Part shown: positions 39,929-52,023 of the stretch, piece by piece
How the letters are laid out: the number at the start of each line of letters is the position of its first letter
Position numbering within the stretch: the stretch's first letter is position 1
The notes under the pieces: model-generated
The model's database searches: none
What the model saw: only the letters and a program-made list of their open reading frames with translations
What the model was told of the DNA's origin: nothing
Translations under genes and position numbers: made by a program
Assembly (NCBI GenBank): GCA_965235115.1
Contig: OZ249442.1
Coordinates: 11,594,001 to 11,658,000 of the forward strand
Direction of reading: 5' to 3'
Length of the DNA: 64,000 nucleotides
From: Laetmonice hystrix
Lineage: Eukaryota

Positions 39929-42900
39929 CTGCATGTATACACAAGGTGACGCCCATCAACAGCGCTTGCTTCAGGACTTTGGACTGGACTGCATCCTTCT
40001 GTTTTATTGCCTGCTCTGTACCTCTGTACTCTGCCGTTACCCCTTCCCTTGGGCTGTGAGCACAGCAGTGGGACACGTGTAACACTGGCCGACCTTTCAG
40101 AGTTCAAAATCTCAAAGAGACAAGGTCCGGACGGTAGTCTGGGCCTGCCACTATTGACAACTTACAGGACCTGTATATAGGGATTCTGATTGAATTCATT
40201 TCTTCATGGCTGAGCCGGTCAGAATTTCTAAATACAGGCAGGCTTGTAGTGTGAATTTTTGATGAAAATGATGTGAGAGGCAGGAAAGTGTATGCTGAGC
40301 CCCCCGTATAAAGAATCACTGGTTACTAGATAAAGTAGTTGTATGAAGGCAATCATAAATGTCTCGACTTATGCTTGTTCACATAAAGCTTTCATTTCCC
40401 CCCCCCCCCCACATGGAGTGTTTGCAGACTGGTGATTGTGTGATGTCTGAAATATCCTCAGAAATATCCTCACAAAAATTTCCAGCGGTTTTTGTTCAGA
40501 ACTTGCAGCAGCTGTTGGTCCAGTCAACTCTGCCACTGTTTGAACTACTTAAGGACAATTTATGATGCAGAGATGTTATGTAAAGTAAGTAAGAAAGAAA
40601 AACATTCCCAAGATGTGAAGATGTTGGCCACATGGAGCCAAGCGAGAAAAACAACTCCAGACCTTGCAATACAAAAATTAGACAGGTTACAAGAATAAAT
40701 TGAAAGGCTGTTATTTCAGAATGTTTCATTGGGAAATTTAACAGACTTCTTTGAATATTTATCCTTCTGTACACTACTCCTTGCAAATTATTTAATAGAG
40801 AATCCGTAGTGGCGGATTTGGTCAAGCAAGTGTGTCCTTTTTTGACTGAGTTGCAATTTGGAGTTTGTGAAGAACAACGTGAGATTTGTTTAATCTCCTT
40901 AAGTACTCAGTATTGACCACAAAAATACATACAGTCTTGATAAAGAAAACATAAAGGAATTATACTGAATACTGTCTGAAATTGGGCGCAAGTCTGGCCA
41001 ATGATCATTGGCTATGCGCACTATTTGAAGGTAGTAAATATTTCACACATGTATCAGTTAACCCTTTGGTTAAGTGCTTTGTACATTGCCTCTATGTCTG
41101 CCTGTGCAGTTGGTGTATTTAAATGCAATATACTTGAGATATCAGCTTGCCAGATCTTCTCTTTAAAGAAAACTTTTTGTGAGAACTAATACCGCACCTT
41201 GGCCAGTATGGTCATTGCATACCATAGCCTGGTATTGGACTTCGTATTTAGTGTCATAAAATACTGCCTCACATTTTCATCATTAGTTTTAAGGTATAAA
41301 AGTACCTGGTCTAAAAGTTGTAAATATTTGCGCTGAAGCTTTGTCCAATCCAAAACTGGCCTGTAGTGGGACGTAGGTAGGATGAAACCTATTCCTGATG
41401 TCGAATATGTCGATTCTTGGGTTTTCTAGTAACTCGGGAAATTGTGCTCTTGAATGATTGCACATATACATTGCATTGAATTAATGGCATAAACTGGTTT
41501 TATGGTTTTTTTTGTTTTTCATTTCGTTATGTCAGTGGTGATATCTCCAATGATGTAATATTTTACCTGTTTTGACTCCAGAATTAATGTTTGTAATCTT
41601 GATGTTGACCATGATAGGTGGCTGGTATTTGTGGAAAAGAACTAATCTTAAATGATATTATAGAAAGCAGATGAAAACGTGTTTGTGGTGCCAGTAAAAT
41701 GGCTTAACTCAACTTTAAATGCAAGTTTGGAGAAATGGTAGAGGGGAATTTGTCGTAAGTAGTACCAGTTACAAAAATTGTGTCGAGGCGAACTCGTATA
41801 TCTTTAGGAAAAGGCCGGTGAAATCACCATCACTCGCTTGCACAGAATTTTGGGGTTAATGTGAACTAATGAGGCCTGCATTGAAAATTAGAATACCAAA
41901 TAAACCCCATATGAAGCCATTGTGTACTATAAGGCTACCAGCGGGAGTACCAATATGGAGCCTCGGAGTGGACTTGGTGACGGGGCAGAAGGCCCGGATG
42001 TCAGGTTTGGTGTGAACTACTCGAGGCGAAGCTTTAGTCCTCTCTTGGTAGAGCTAACAGACCATTTGATGTCAGCATGTTAACGGTCGGGGACCATTAC
42101 CTTCCCATGGAACAGTTATCTAGTCGTTTCTGCAGCATTAACTGCTTTTTCTCTAATAGTGACACCACTAATTGTAATGTTATCTTGAAACATATCTTCT
42201 GTTTTGATCTGCAAAAACATCCACAGATAAAAACTTGTCCCGAAAACATGCGTAATCTATAATGGGAAGAGAAAGAAATAGTTAAATTGATGTTTTTCTT
42301 CATTACTTTACGCGGCGACGTTACCTTGCTGGTGGGTACCCTTTAAAATTAGAATCATGGTAGCGTGATTCTCTGTCCGCACGATGTACATGTATTCTAT
42401 TAAAGGCAAAAGTTTATGATAATACAATAATCTTGCATTGATACCCGTAGCCTAGTATCTCTAGAATTCTTAATTCATGTACCAAAGGAGGGAATGGATG
42501 GTTTGTGTGTGTAACAATAGACTGGGTTGTTCCCGAAGGCACATGTAGGCGAAGTGTTCAACGTGTACTGTATAGTAATGTATTGTCAAAAAGAAAAAAA
42601 AATCAAATCTTAGTATTAACTTGACAAGGCTGATGTGTCCTTTATATTGACAAGGCTGATGTGTCCTTTATATTAATCACGCCCCGATAATAAATGTACA
42701 TGTTCTCACCAACATTCGTACTCTGAGCCTGGTATTTCAAAGAATTTATTCATATTGCGGGAAACTACAGGTGAAAAGTTTGTGTAGTGGTAATACCATG
42801 CTAATTGTAATCGAATTCTGCAATGAATTATTTTGGTGAATTTTCGGTATAAATGCTTTGGGTGAAAGCTGCATTTATTAAGGAAGGTTTAAATCGTAAA

Positions 42901-44026
42901 TTGCTATGGTTATAATGAGTAAGACGTATTTCTGGTCGTTTGGTTAACCCATGTTGTGTGCTGTATTTACCAGGATGGGCCTTGAGCTAACATCACGTAC
43001 GTTGGGCATGGTACTTGGGACACACCTGTGTCTGAGACAGGTAGAATTGGGTGATGGATCCTATTGTTGAAATGGAATTTTCTTTGTAACGGGCCACTAA
43101 CCTGGTGATTTGATCCGTTAGTATCCTCCACATCCTCAGCCGCCTACTCTATTCAACAGTACAAGCCAGTTTATGTACACCCATACTGGAATAAACTATT
43201 GTATTGTCAGAAATAAAGAAACTATATTTATGACATCAGAAAAGGTTTCCCCCTTTATCTATGACTCGTAGCAGGGCAGCAGATGCAGATCGATCTTTTT
43301 TTGAAGAAGAGATTAAATTGACACCGATACATTGTATACTGATAATCTCTTAGACTAAGGAAGATATGAATTTTTATTAGGATTGTTAATAACGACTATT
43401 CTGTGGTTAAGATTTGATCACAAATACTTGTAGATATAAAATAGCAATGAGACGAACCTATTCTTGATCATTCAGGAACACTTTATTATGAACACTTAAC
43501 ATCCAGAAGATACCTTGACTAAACAAAAGGTAAACTATAATAAATGATTATATCATACATGCCAACATTTAGTCAAATCGATCAGGAATCGTCCCAAATC
43601 ACGAAGAATATTCTTCAGGACTGTTTTGACACTCTCTCTTGACAACTTATAGATGGCTCCCCCTTTCCTTCTATTCATTCGTCTGTGTTCCTTTCTTTCT
43701 CTCTCTCCTTGACTGACATGTACATACAGTCTGTATTTAGCACAGTTCCGATTTCTGTTGCCGGTGACATTGTACCTTAGTTGAGAAATGTAAAGTCCAC
43801 TTGATGATACGTATTGCATCGTTTGTCATGTATCGTGATACGTATCGTATCGTTACACAAGTGTATCGTTTCAGCCCTACTGGTGAGACATACATGAAAC
43901 ATCAGACCGTTTTTTAAATGGTAGTAACTACGTAACGGGTCAAATACCTCTAGAAGGATTCAGTTTCTTCGTTAAATGTGATTTAATCCCGGGTTTGTCA
44001 TGTATGTACGCACGTAGGATTTAGAT

Positions 44027-47000
44027 TCATTGAAACCCTTCGAAAGGGAGTGCTACCTGTTCAAAGAGATCTTCACCACCAGAGGGCAGCAGTGTCATGT
44101 TTAAGTTCAGTCCACTTGTATTTGAATCAAACTGTTGTCGCCGACCGTGGCTTGATGCCCTCCTTGGGCCATCAGGTTCTCTTTCCCTCTCCATCAATTT
44201 CTCCACCTCACTCGTCGAAAGGTGGTCAACCTCTAATTTGTGCACATTTTTTAGGTGATGTCGGAGAACGCAGGGAAAGCGTGCAAAGTAATTACAAAGC
44301 CGACACCAGTGTCCCCTTCCTTCGTCTTCGAGGCGATGGTAGCGAAGATGTTTGGAGAAGTAATCCTTCACCAGTGTCGTAAAGTTACACTTGGGGCAAT
44401 CTAGACGCTTTGCTGACGCCGCGTCCACATGCGCTCGTCTCATATGGCCTCGGAGGTGTTCTGTGTCAAAGTTATGACAGCAACAGTTCATTGGCAACGT
44501 GATTATGAAGGCCCAACATTATTTATCTATTTCCAAACTGACTAAAGATGACTTTAAATAGCAAACACAAGGAGTAATAAGATTTCACATGGTTTTAGAT
44601 AGGTCCCAGTCCCATAGCACAAAACAATTTAGAAAGTACAATTATCACTAATTTGAATCAAGTCATGAAAAGCCACTACAAGCACTTTTATAGCAGTCAC
44701 AGTTCTATCATCTATGCAGGCACGAAGCTTTATTCTGGGTTGGCAAAATTGCAAGTCGTTTTCTCAACTGAGTTGCATAAATGATTATGAGATCGTTATG
44801 GTTGGCACATCTGGTAGACCTCTGAAGTGAGAGAGATAAGCCGGTACCATACCTTCCGCCTTGTAGCCACGTCCACAGATCTCACAGGTTACATTGATTC
44901 CCTCCTCGTGAGACATCTTGTGACGCCTCATCAGTCCCTTACCCAGGCTCTTGTAATCACACTTGTCACAGTAAAGTGGTTTATTCTTGGAGATGTTTAT
45001 GTCGTGGGACATAAACATATGTCTATTTAAATCATTTCTGTAAAAAGAAAAGGGTGAGTTGACATTAATCATGTGTTTCTTTGGTACCTTTTTTTTGGTT
45101 ATATTTCTACATTGAAATTACCCTTAACAAAGAAAGTTCAACCAGCAGAAACTTTGATGAAATTTTCTGTTTCCCTTTTTTACAATCAACAATGGATAGC
45201 AATTAAACAATGAATAGCAGATAGGTCTAAGCTAATAAGCACAATAATTAGAAGATAAAAAAATATGGCATACCTTCGGCGGAATTGAAGAGAACAGATA
45301 GAACAGAGATGAGGTTTTTCATCAGTGTGGGTCATCCTGATGTGCTGTTTGAGATTATTTTTATGGTACGGAAGATCATCCAGAAAAGTCTTCCCACATA
45401 TTGGGCAGTTGGTCGTCTTTCTCTCCTTTGGGGGTCCATGCATGAATCGAATGTGATTTTCAAGACTTTTTGCAAGCAGTACCTTTCCACATTGTGGACA
45501 TGAACAAGGGCCTTTCGGCTTTTCAAACCGGGTTAGCCTAACTCTGTGCTTCATCCTAGCATGCAGGTAGACGTCGAGTGGGCTGTATGTCATGTAGACA
45601 CAGCGGCTACAGTGGTAGCGAGGGATGAATGTTGGTGCCACCCACTGATGGTGCATGACCTGGTGTTGTATGACCTTTCCAATGACCATTAATAGCTGCA
45701 GCTCCTGCTGCTGGTCACTCTGACACCTGACCTTGGAGCCACATGTACACTTGGTACAAGTCATGTTCCACACGCCAGCCTCTGGCTGCTGAGCATGGTC
45801 TGCATCCTGGACGTGACGGGCAAAGTCTCCCAAACTGCTACACTTGTAAGGGTTTGACTGACAGAATGGGCAATGAGAGGGCACGTCGCTGCGGAACCTT
45901 CGGTTCAAATCAATGGAAGTAGATATGTTCTGGGTGTCGGAGTCATCATACACATCAAAGGCAAATACATTCAGGTCCTCGACAGACATGGTACAACCGC
46001 TACTGAATACCGACACAGAGGGGTTTGATTTTGGCTTTGTAATTGTAGCAGGAACCCGGTGTGATTTCTGAGGAGCCTTTCGGTATCCTTTCCAACTAGG
46101 CTGAACGTTATGGAAATGTCGCCTAACAGCTGCTGGGATGTTAGATGGCCCAAGTCTGGGACTAGGTTTCTGGGATAGATTCCTACTAGTCAGATGGGTC
46201 TGAGGTCTTGCTAATGGAACTGGTGCCTTCGTGTTTTGCCTTCTTGGAGATTTAATATCCTTTGGTTTTCCTTTCTGACCAACTTCATTCTGTGGACTCC
46301 AGTCAGGATCACTTTTATCCGAATTGTCATCTGTTTTATCATCATCATCATCATCATCGTCGTTGTTGTCGTCATCTTCCCCATCAAACTCTATATCACT
46401 GCCATCTATATAGTCATTAAGTTCATCGTCCTCCTCACCATCATCCTCATCAAGGTCAATATCAATATAATGAATGTCATCGTCAGAGTCATCATCACCA
46501 GTATCATCATCATCCATATCATCTTCTTGGACATCTTCATAAAAAAACTCTTCCAGATCATCACCATAGTCTATATCATCATCATCATCATCATCATCAT
46601 CGTCGTCGTCGTCATACAATACAAGGGAACTGTCTTGTTTTTCACCCTTTATATCTGTCATCTGACAATCTTTCTGTACGGAGCCACCTTCAGAACTCGG
46701 GCCTTCTCCTGTCAAACTCATCCTAATACCAGGTTCCTTTTTAATATTGGCATTCTGTGAATGTTCTGACGGGTCTGTGGTGCTTTGTTCTTGTGTATCC
46801 GTATGTATCATCTCTTCGAGGGTCAACAGATGTTCACTGCCACGCTGATCATCCACGGGAAGTACAACAATGGATGTCACCCTAGGAGAGGCATATCAGA
46901 TATCAATGATTATTTATTATACCTAAATATGGAACAAGAGAATGAACTGTGGATTTCATCAATAAAACAGGTCCTTTTGTCAATACACATTAAAGGTACG

Positions 47001-48443
47001 TTTACAAGCGCAAGCTAGTTTTTTGCTGAAATTTTCCCCCAGAAGCTTAGGGTTGGTCCTTTATACATACATAGACCTTTTCATCCTTGACACTCTTTTC
47101 CCTTGGTAAGCCCCTATTCGCCCGTCATAGTCACAAATTCAGAGCCAAGCAGGTCTAATGGAATTTCATTTGCCACGAATGAAGAGGTTTATCCATGGTT
47201 TTTATTGGTGGCCACATTGAGAAATGGTTGTATTTGACATTTTACGGCAAGTTCTTGGACTCAAGACAACTAATAACATTGGAATTGCTGTAGCCTATGT
47301 GAGCCCTGTGTGACAGGCTTCAGCTCCCAGCCAGAGACATCTAAAGTCACAGAATGGAATTCCCCTCTCAAATTCACATGTCAGATCAGAGTTGAAGGAA
47401 TAATGGCCATTTATCTATTGTTGTTTTCAGTGAAAACTGAAAACTAGGTAGACAAGTGCTTCCTTTGAATCCGTTCGGCACTACAGACGATCTCAAACAC
47501 ATCTTAGACACACGATGGTAGTGATAGGTAGGAACTGGTTTATTTTTTATGTGTAGTTGCACTTGTGTATCTAACAACTACCTCTTTCCTCTATGGATTC
47601 ATGAGTACTGGTAGGTACTGGTACTGGTAGGCTATACTATGTGGCTCTGTTTAACCAGTCATTCATATCAAATAATAATAGAATTCTTGTTTATCTTGTG
47701 ACCAACCTGCCATGTGTTACAAGCTCAGCAACCTTGCCCAGAAAACTCTGCAAAGCCTGCACGATGAGATGATCTTCCTTCCGTGAAGCTTTACATATTG
47801 ACGTGTAAAGATCATCAGCCTGCAATACATAATTCACATACATAGGTATTAGTTTTCTCTTCAATCATTGGTAACTTTCTGATACAGTTTTAATCATTCA
47901 TTAAGAATTTAGAAAATTCTTTTTGCACACCTACAGAAATCTGATTTTCGTTCCTTAGACTAGAGGCTATAATGCTCTGATGAGAATCTCAGGTAGGGCA
48001 TAAAATCTAAACAAGTATTCCAAGACTGTAACTTACCTTCTGCTGTATAGTGGCAAGTGTGATGTCCTTTTCCTGAAAATGCAGATTTAATATATTAGTG
48101 ATAACCTAAACAGGTGGCATTTATGTTCTAGTCAGAGTACTTTGAAACAGTTGACTGTGTTTACAATTTATCGTTCACGAATGAACTGATTACAAGCCAA
48201 TTCAATGCCAAAGGTTTTTATCACTACTGCTGATCAAATGAATCCATAAATGAAATACCACCTCCTTAGTCTTAGCAACTAAAGAAAAACCCAGAAAGGT
48301 ATCTCCCTTGTCCTTTATAATTCGTGAAATTACTTCATTGAAGGCAGTGAATTTAGTCATTCCAGCTGCCAGCTACTACTCACCATTTTGGAATGAGATT
48401 CAGGTTTGTTTTCTTTTTTCATCTCCACTGGTCCATCTGCACT
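44027..48443 (-). CDS. C2H2 zinc-finger protein (about 9-10 fingers) with long Asp/Glu tract, about 800 aa; 5' end and last exon uncertain
   Basis: Minus-strand exons 48443-48384, 48072-48037, 47819-47707, 46881-45274, 45037-44853, 44460-44027; all GT-AG and frame-consistent (2436 nt). Fingers such as CPQCGK...HIRFMH and CEICGRGYKAEEHLRGHMRRAH; TDEKPHLC linker. Confidence 0.85.
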
Positions 48444-48833
48444 CTACGTAGAGAAGTTACATCAAACATTACAAAAGGGAGTGAGAGTAAAGAAATAAAT
48501 ATAAAAACTGTGTGAATCTATTATTACTTGGGACATGAGATAGATTTATTTGAGGGGCTTGGAGCAATTTTGCTATTCACTGTGTTTGTTTGAGGAGCAA
48601 TTTTTAAAATTTGATTCACAATTTCCTGAGACTAGTAATCATGTAGACTTTACATATGAACCAAATGTTGTAGTCTTTGATTTAAAACAAACAGAAATTA
48701 GAATAACAATAATTGAAATAACAGTCACTTCAAAGCGAACAAATTTACAAGGGCTATAGGAAACACAATTGAAAAGTTTGGATGAATATAATATTTAGTA
48801 TCAAAGCACAACATCACTGAATAGACAATTAAA

Positions 48834-49296
48834 GGTGTGCGTCCATTTCGGCCGCCTGCCGGTTCAGCCGCCCGTATAGTTAGGGTGGTGTATACAGGAT
48901 CCGGGCGCCAACAAAACGGCTGCCAACTCTATTATTTTTATTCCGTTCTCTTTCTCTCTTTCTTATGTACTCGACCAGGGCTTAGGCGGTTAAGGTTTAG
49001 GTTTGGCCTAGGGTCAGTGTTACTAGTAGTAGGGTTAAGGTTAGGCCTACGGTTAGTTAGTGATAGATTAATCCTGCCGGCGGAGCCGCCGCGTGCTATG
49101 CCCGATCATCCGGGTAGCATCGTCCGTAGGTTATTACCTCTCAGCGGCCGTTTGCTGTTTGCTGGCGGCCGGATCTTGCTGTGCCACCGTTAGGGTTAGG
49201 GTTGGTTTAGGGTTAGGGTTAGTACAGTTAGCACCGAATACTACCACAGTATATACAGGCGGCCGAACCGGCAGGCGGTCGAAACGACTGGCGAGC
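48834..49296. mobile_element. Non-autonomous element with subterminal inverted repeats and degenerate (TTAGGG)n tracts
   Basis: tttcggccgcctgccggttcagccgcc is inverted relative to ggcggccgaaccggcaggcggtcgaaa; (c)aattaaa direct repeat on both flanks (48826-48833, 49297-49304). Confidence 0.7.
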
Positions 49297-49929
49297 CAAT
49301 TAAACAAACAGGTGTGGATTCAGCGTTTTGGAAACTGTGTGTGTGTGTGTGTGGGGGGGGGGGCCACAACAAAAATATGGCAGAAATGGCCAATCATAAA
49401 GCTGTTAGGTTAAATTGTGAATAATAAGTAAGGAAAATTCACGCCAAATGTGTTGAAATGGGAAATGCCAAATGGGGGAGGGGTGTACAGGTCTTAACCG
49501 ACAACTGGTTTAAACTGACAACAGTTGCCAGTTTAGATCCAGGTCTAAACTGACAAATAATGATTACGAGTGCTGGAATGATAAATTACTAATTTGAACG
49601 ATTATGTGAAATTCGGGTAAGCGGTAAGTGGACGGCTAGGGTAGGGACTAGGGTAGTCCAGGAACCTAGACCCTGTTTCTGCTAGTTTGTTGTCAACAGG
49701 GTCTAGGAGTTAAGCTTTCAAATCCAGTGGCACCTTGCCACGCCTACCCCCGTGGCAAACTTCACTGGCTTCACTCACTCACTACGACTGACTCATTACA
49801 CTAACTGACTCTACCGGTGACAGCAGACACCTTTTTCTCTCTCTTCACACCGTTATTGGGGTATGTTGATTAATACTGAGTTCGTGTGCGGCTGTCGTTT
49901 GCAACCCTCTCTGAAATCGTCGATGAATC

Positions 49930-50170
49930 TGTCGCCATCTTGATTCGAATTTGGCTAGCGGTGACGTCATGGGCATGTTTCTGGTAAAAGTGGAATCGCA
50001 ATGGGAAGTGAACAGCACCACGCTGGCTGGGAATCTGCGTGGTTCGTTCCGCCTGGCGGCCACATAACAATTCATATGTTCATGACCACTCGGTCAATCC
50101 AACATGGCTATACTTCCGTTCGACGGTTGTGTGTGCAAAGAGAACAGGCAAAACCGTGCACAAAAGTATG
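49930..50170. promoter_or_regulatory. Probable bidirectional promoter between the ZNF gene (-) and SNX16 (+)
   Basis: YY1-like caagATGGCG on the minus strand at 49942-49933; CRE TGACGTCA at 49962-49969; CpG-richer than its flanks; genes are divergent. Confidence 0.45.
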
Positions 50171-52023
50171 CTTTATAAAGACCACAACGCAACACATCAC
50201 CGTGAATCCTACATTAATATCTTTTGTATCTAACGTTACTCGTTAGTACTTGGCAAGTTTTACCACCCGGAGTGATCCCAAAAGGAAGTTATCAGTCGCC
50301 GAATGAGGCGAACCCCGGTCACTCGAACGTTCAATGCGGTTGCCACGCGCTTTTTCGATTCAACTGCCAGAGTCTGATACAGACTACATATCAGATATCA
50401 GACTCTGGCTTGTTGGAGTAGGACTAGGGTGGAGGCAGCGACGCCCCTCCTTCCTACCCGTCTACCCGGCGAATTCTGTTTGCTATAACAAAACCTGTTC
50501 ACCGAGATACAGTTTTCCCCTGTCACCACACTTATAAAAGATTCATCTATGTTATACAATGCAGGAAAATGTCAAATAGAAGAAATCCGCGGAGATTGCC
50601 TACCATTTCTTGTGAGAATGTGGGCAAAGATAGTTGTAATTTTCCGGTTTTCCGGTCCTAACACAATGGTAAAAGGGTGACAATCAACACCTATTAAAAC
50701 GAGAACGAAGGGTTTCAAACAGACAAATTAGTTTGAAGTGAAGCCGCCAGATGGGGGTAGTATCTTTCTCGGTCACCGACTGTATGATGTGGGATTAAAG
50801 TTAGGTCACCGCCAGGTCGTGAGGTGTGAAATGACTTGTAGCTTATTAGCTAACATCAGACAATTACATTTACGGGTCTACACCTCTTACATGGCTGAAT
50901 GAAACATGCGACTTACTAATGATAATGTCATATTGCTGCAAGTGTTAGATCGAGTTAAGTTCATGTGCTAAAATTAGTAACGGGCTAACGCGCACCTGCT
51001 TCCCATCATCAACAGACGTGATGCCGATGGCGATGGCCAGATGCGGTCGACGATGCCGATGGATCATGGGAGACCGTAGTCGGACGTCGGGTGGCGTTGG
51101 TTTACCACAGTGTGACACACTAAAGCCCTGATGTTCTCCGTATTGTGTAAACACAGGTTTTTATTGTGATGTTTGTGGAGCAGTTATTGATGCTGGCCGG
51201 GGTTGCGTGGCCCGCCTGATGCTGTGTGTGGGCCGGTGGCGGGGAGACCTCCAGCGGGGACCGAGGACCGACACGGTGCAGTGCGCCCAGCCGTGCAGCA
51301 GGCAGGCACGGTAAGCGAGGGGCAAGCACAGACTACCAGCACATCACAACAATGATCATGTGCGCTGGGAACGACTTGGGTGATTCATCGTCATGTCACG
51401 ACCACTAGATCCACACTTAGCCTCACAGCTGGCGGAAGCCAAGGTCGACTGAAGTGAAGACGCCCGCCGTAGATAATCTACAAACTTTCACTTTGCACTC
51501 ACTGAAGGCTTACCGACACACGGACGTGGTGGATGGTGGTAGTGCCTCTGTACTCCACACCACAGACACAGTGCTGGTGTTGGATGGATTACAGTTGGGT
51601 TACAGTTGTGACAACAGTTGACAGACCAGGAACTTACAAGGTGTGAACAATAACAGGAAGACTTAATATTTGACTGATGATAGTGGCAGATCTTGAGCTC
51701 ACTGGAGACAGAGTGTGATGTTAGTGGCCTGTGTCGTGCTGCTGTGTAAGGAAGGCCAATCATGCAGCAGCATCAGTCCACATCATGTTCCAATGTCTAT
51801 TGGATGTAGGCAGAGTATATTAGGACTAGTTAAAGACTAGTACAGTAGAGAGGAAAGATTTCCTGGTACCGGGTATCGGGGCCGCAACATTCGAGCCAAG
51901 ATCTTTGATGCAGAGTAACGAGGTTCAAGACGATAATAATCAGGAGTTGTGTAAAAGTTGTGGTTTGCACAGAATTCAGCATCGTTAAGTTAACAACCTC
52001 TAGCGTCATTTGATACTTCGAGG

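Noticed and set aside
46236-46760. Ile/Val-rich 174-aa plus-strand ORF resembling a membrane protein
   Set aside because: Antisense reading of the (GAT/GAC)n acidic tract of the ZNF exon.
48837-49413. ORFs with GLGLG/RVRV repeats; possible telomere fusion site
   Set aside because: Translations of TTAGGG-like tracts inside a TSD-flanked element; no head-to-head telomere junction.
50280-50355. tRNA/SINE-like head on the minus strand (gaccggggttcgcc)
   Set aside because: B-box is degenerate, no A-box or cloverleaf could be built, no clear tail.
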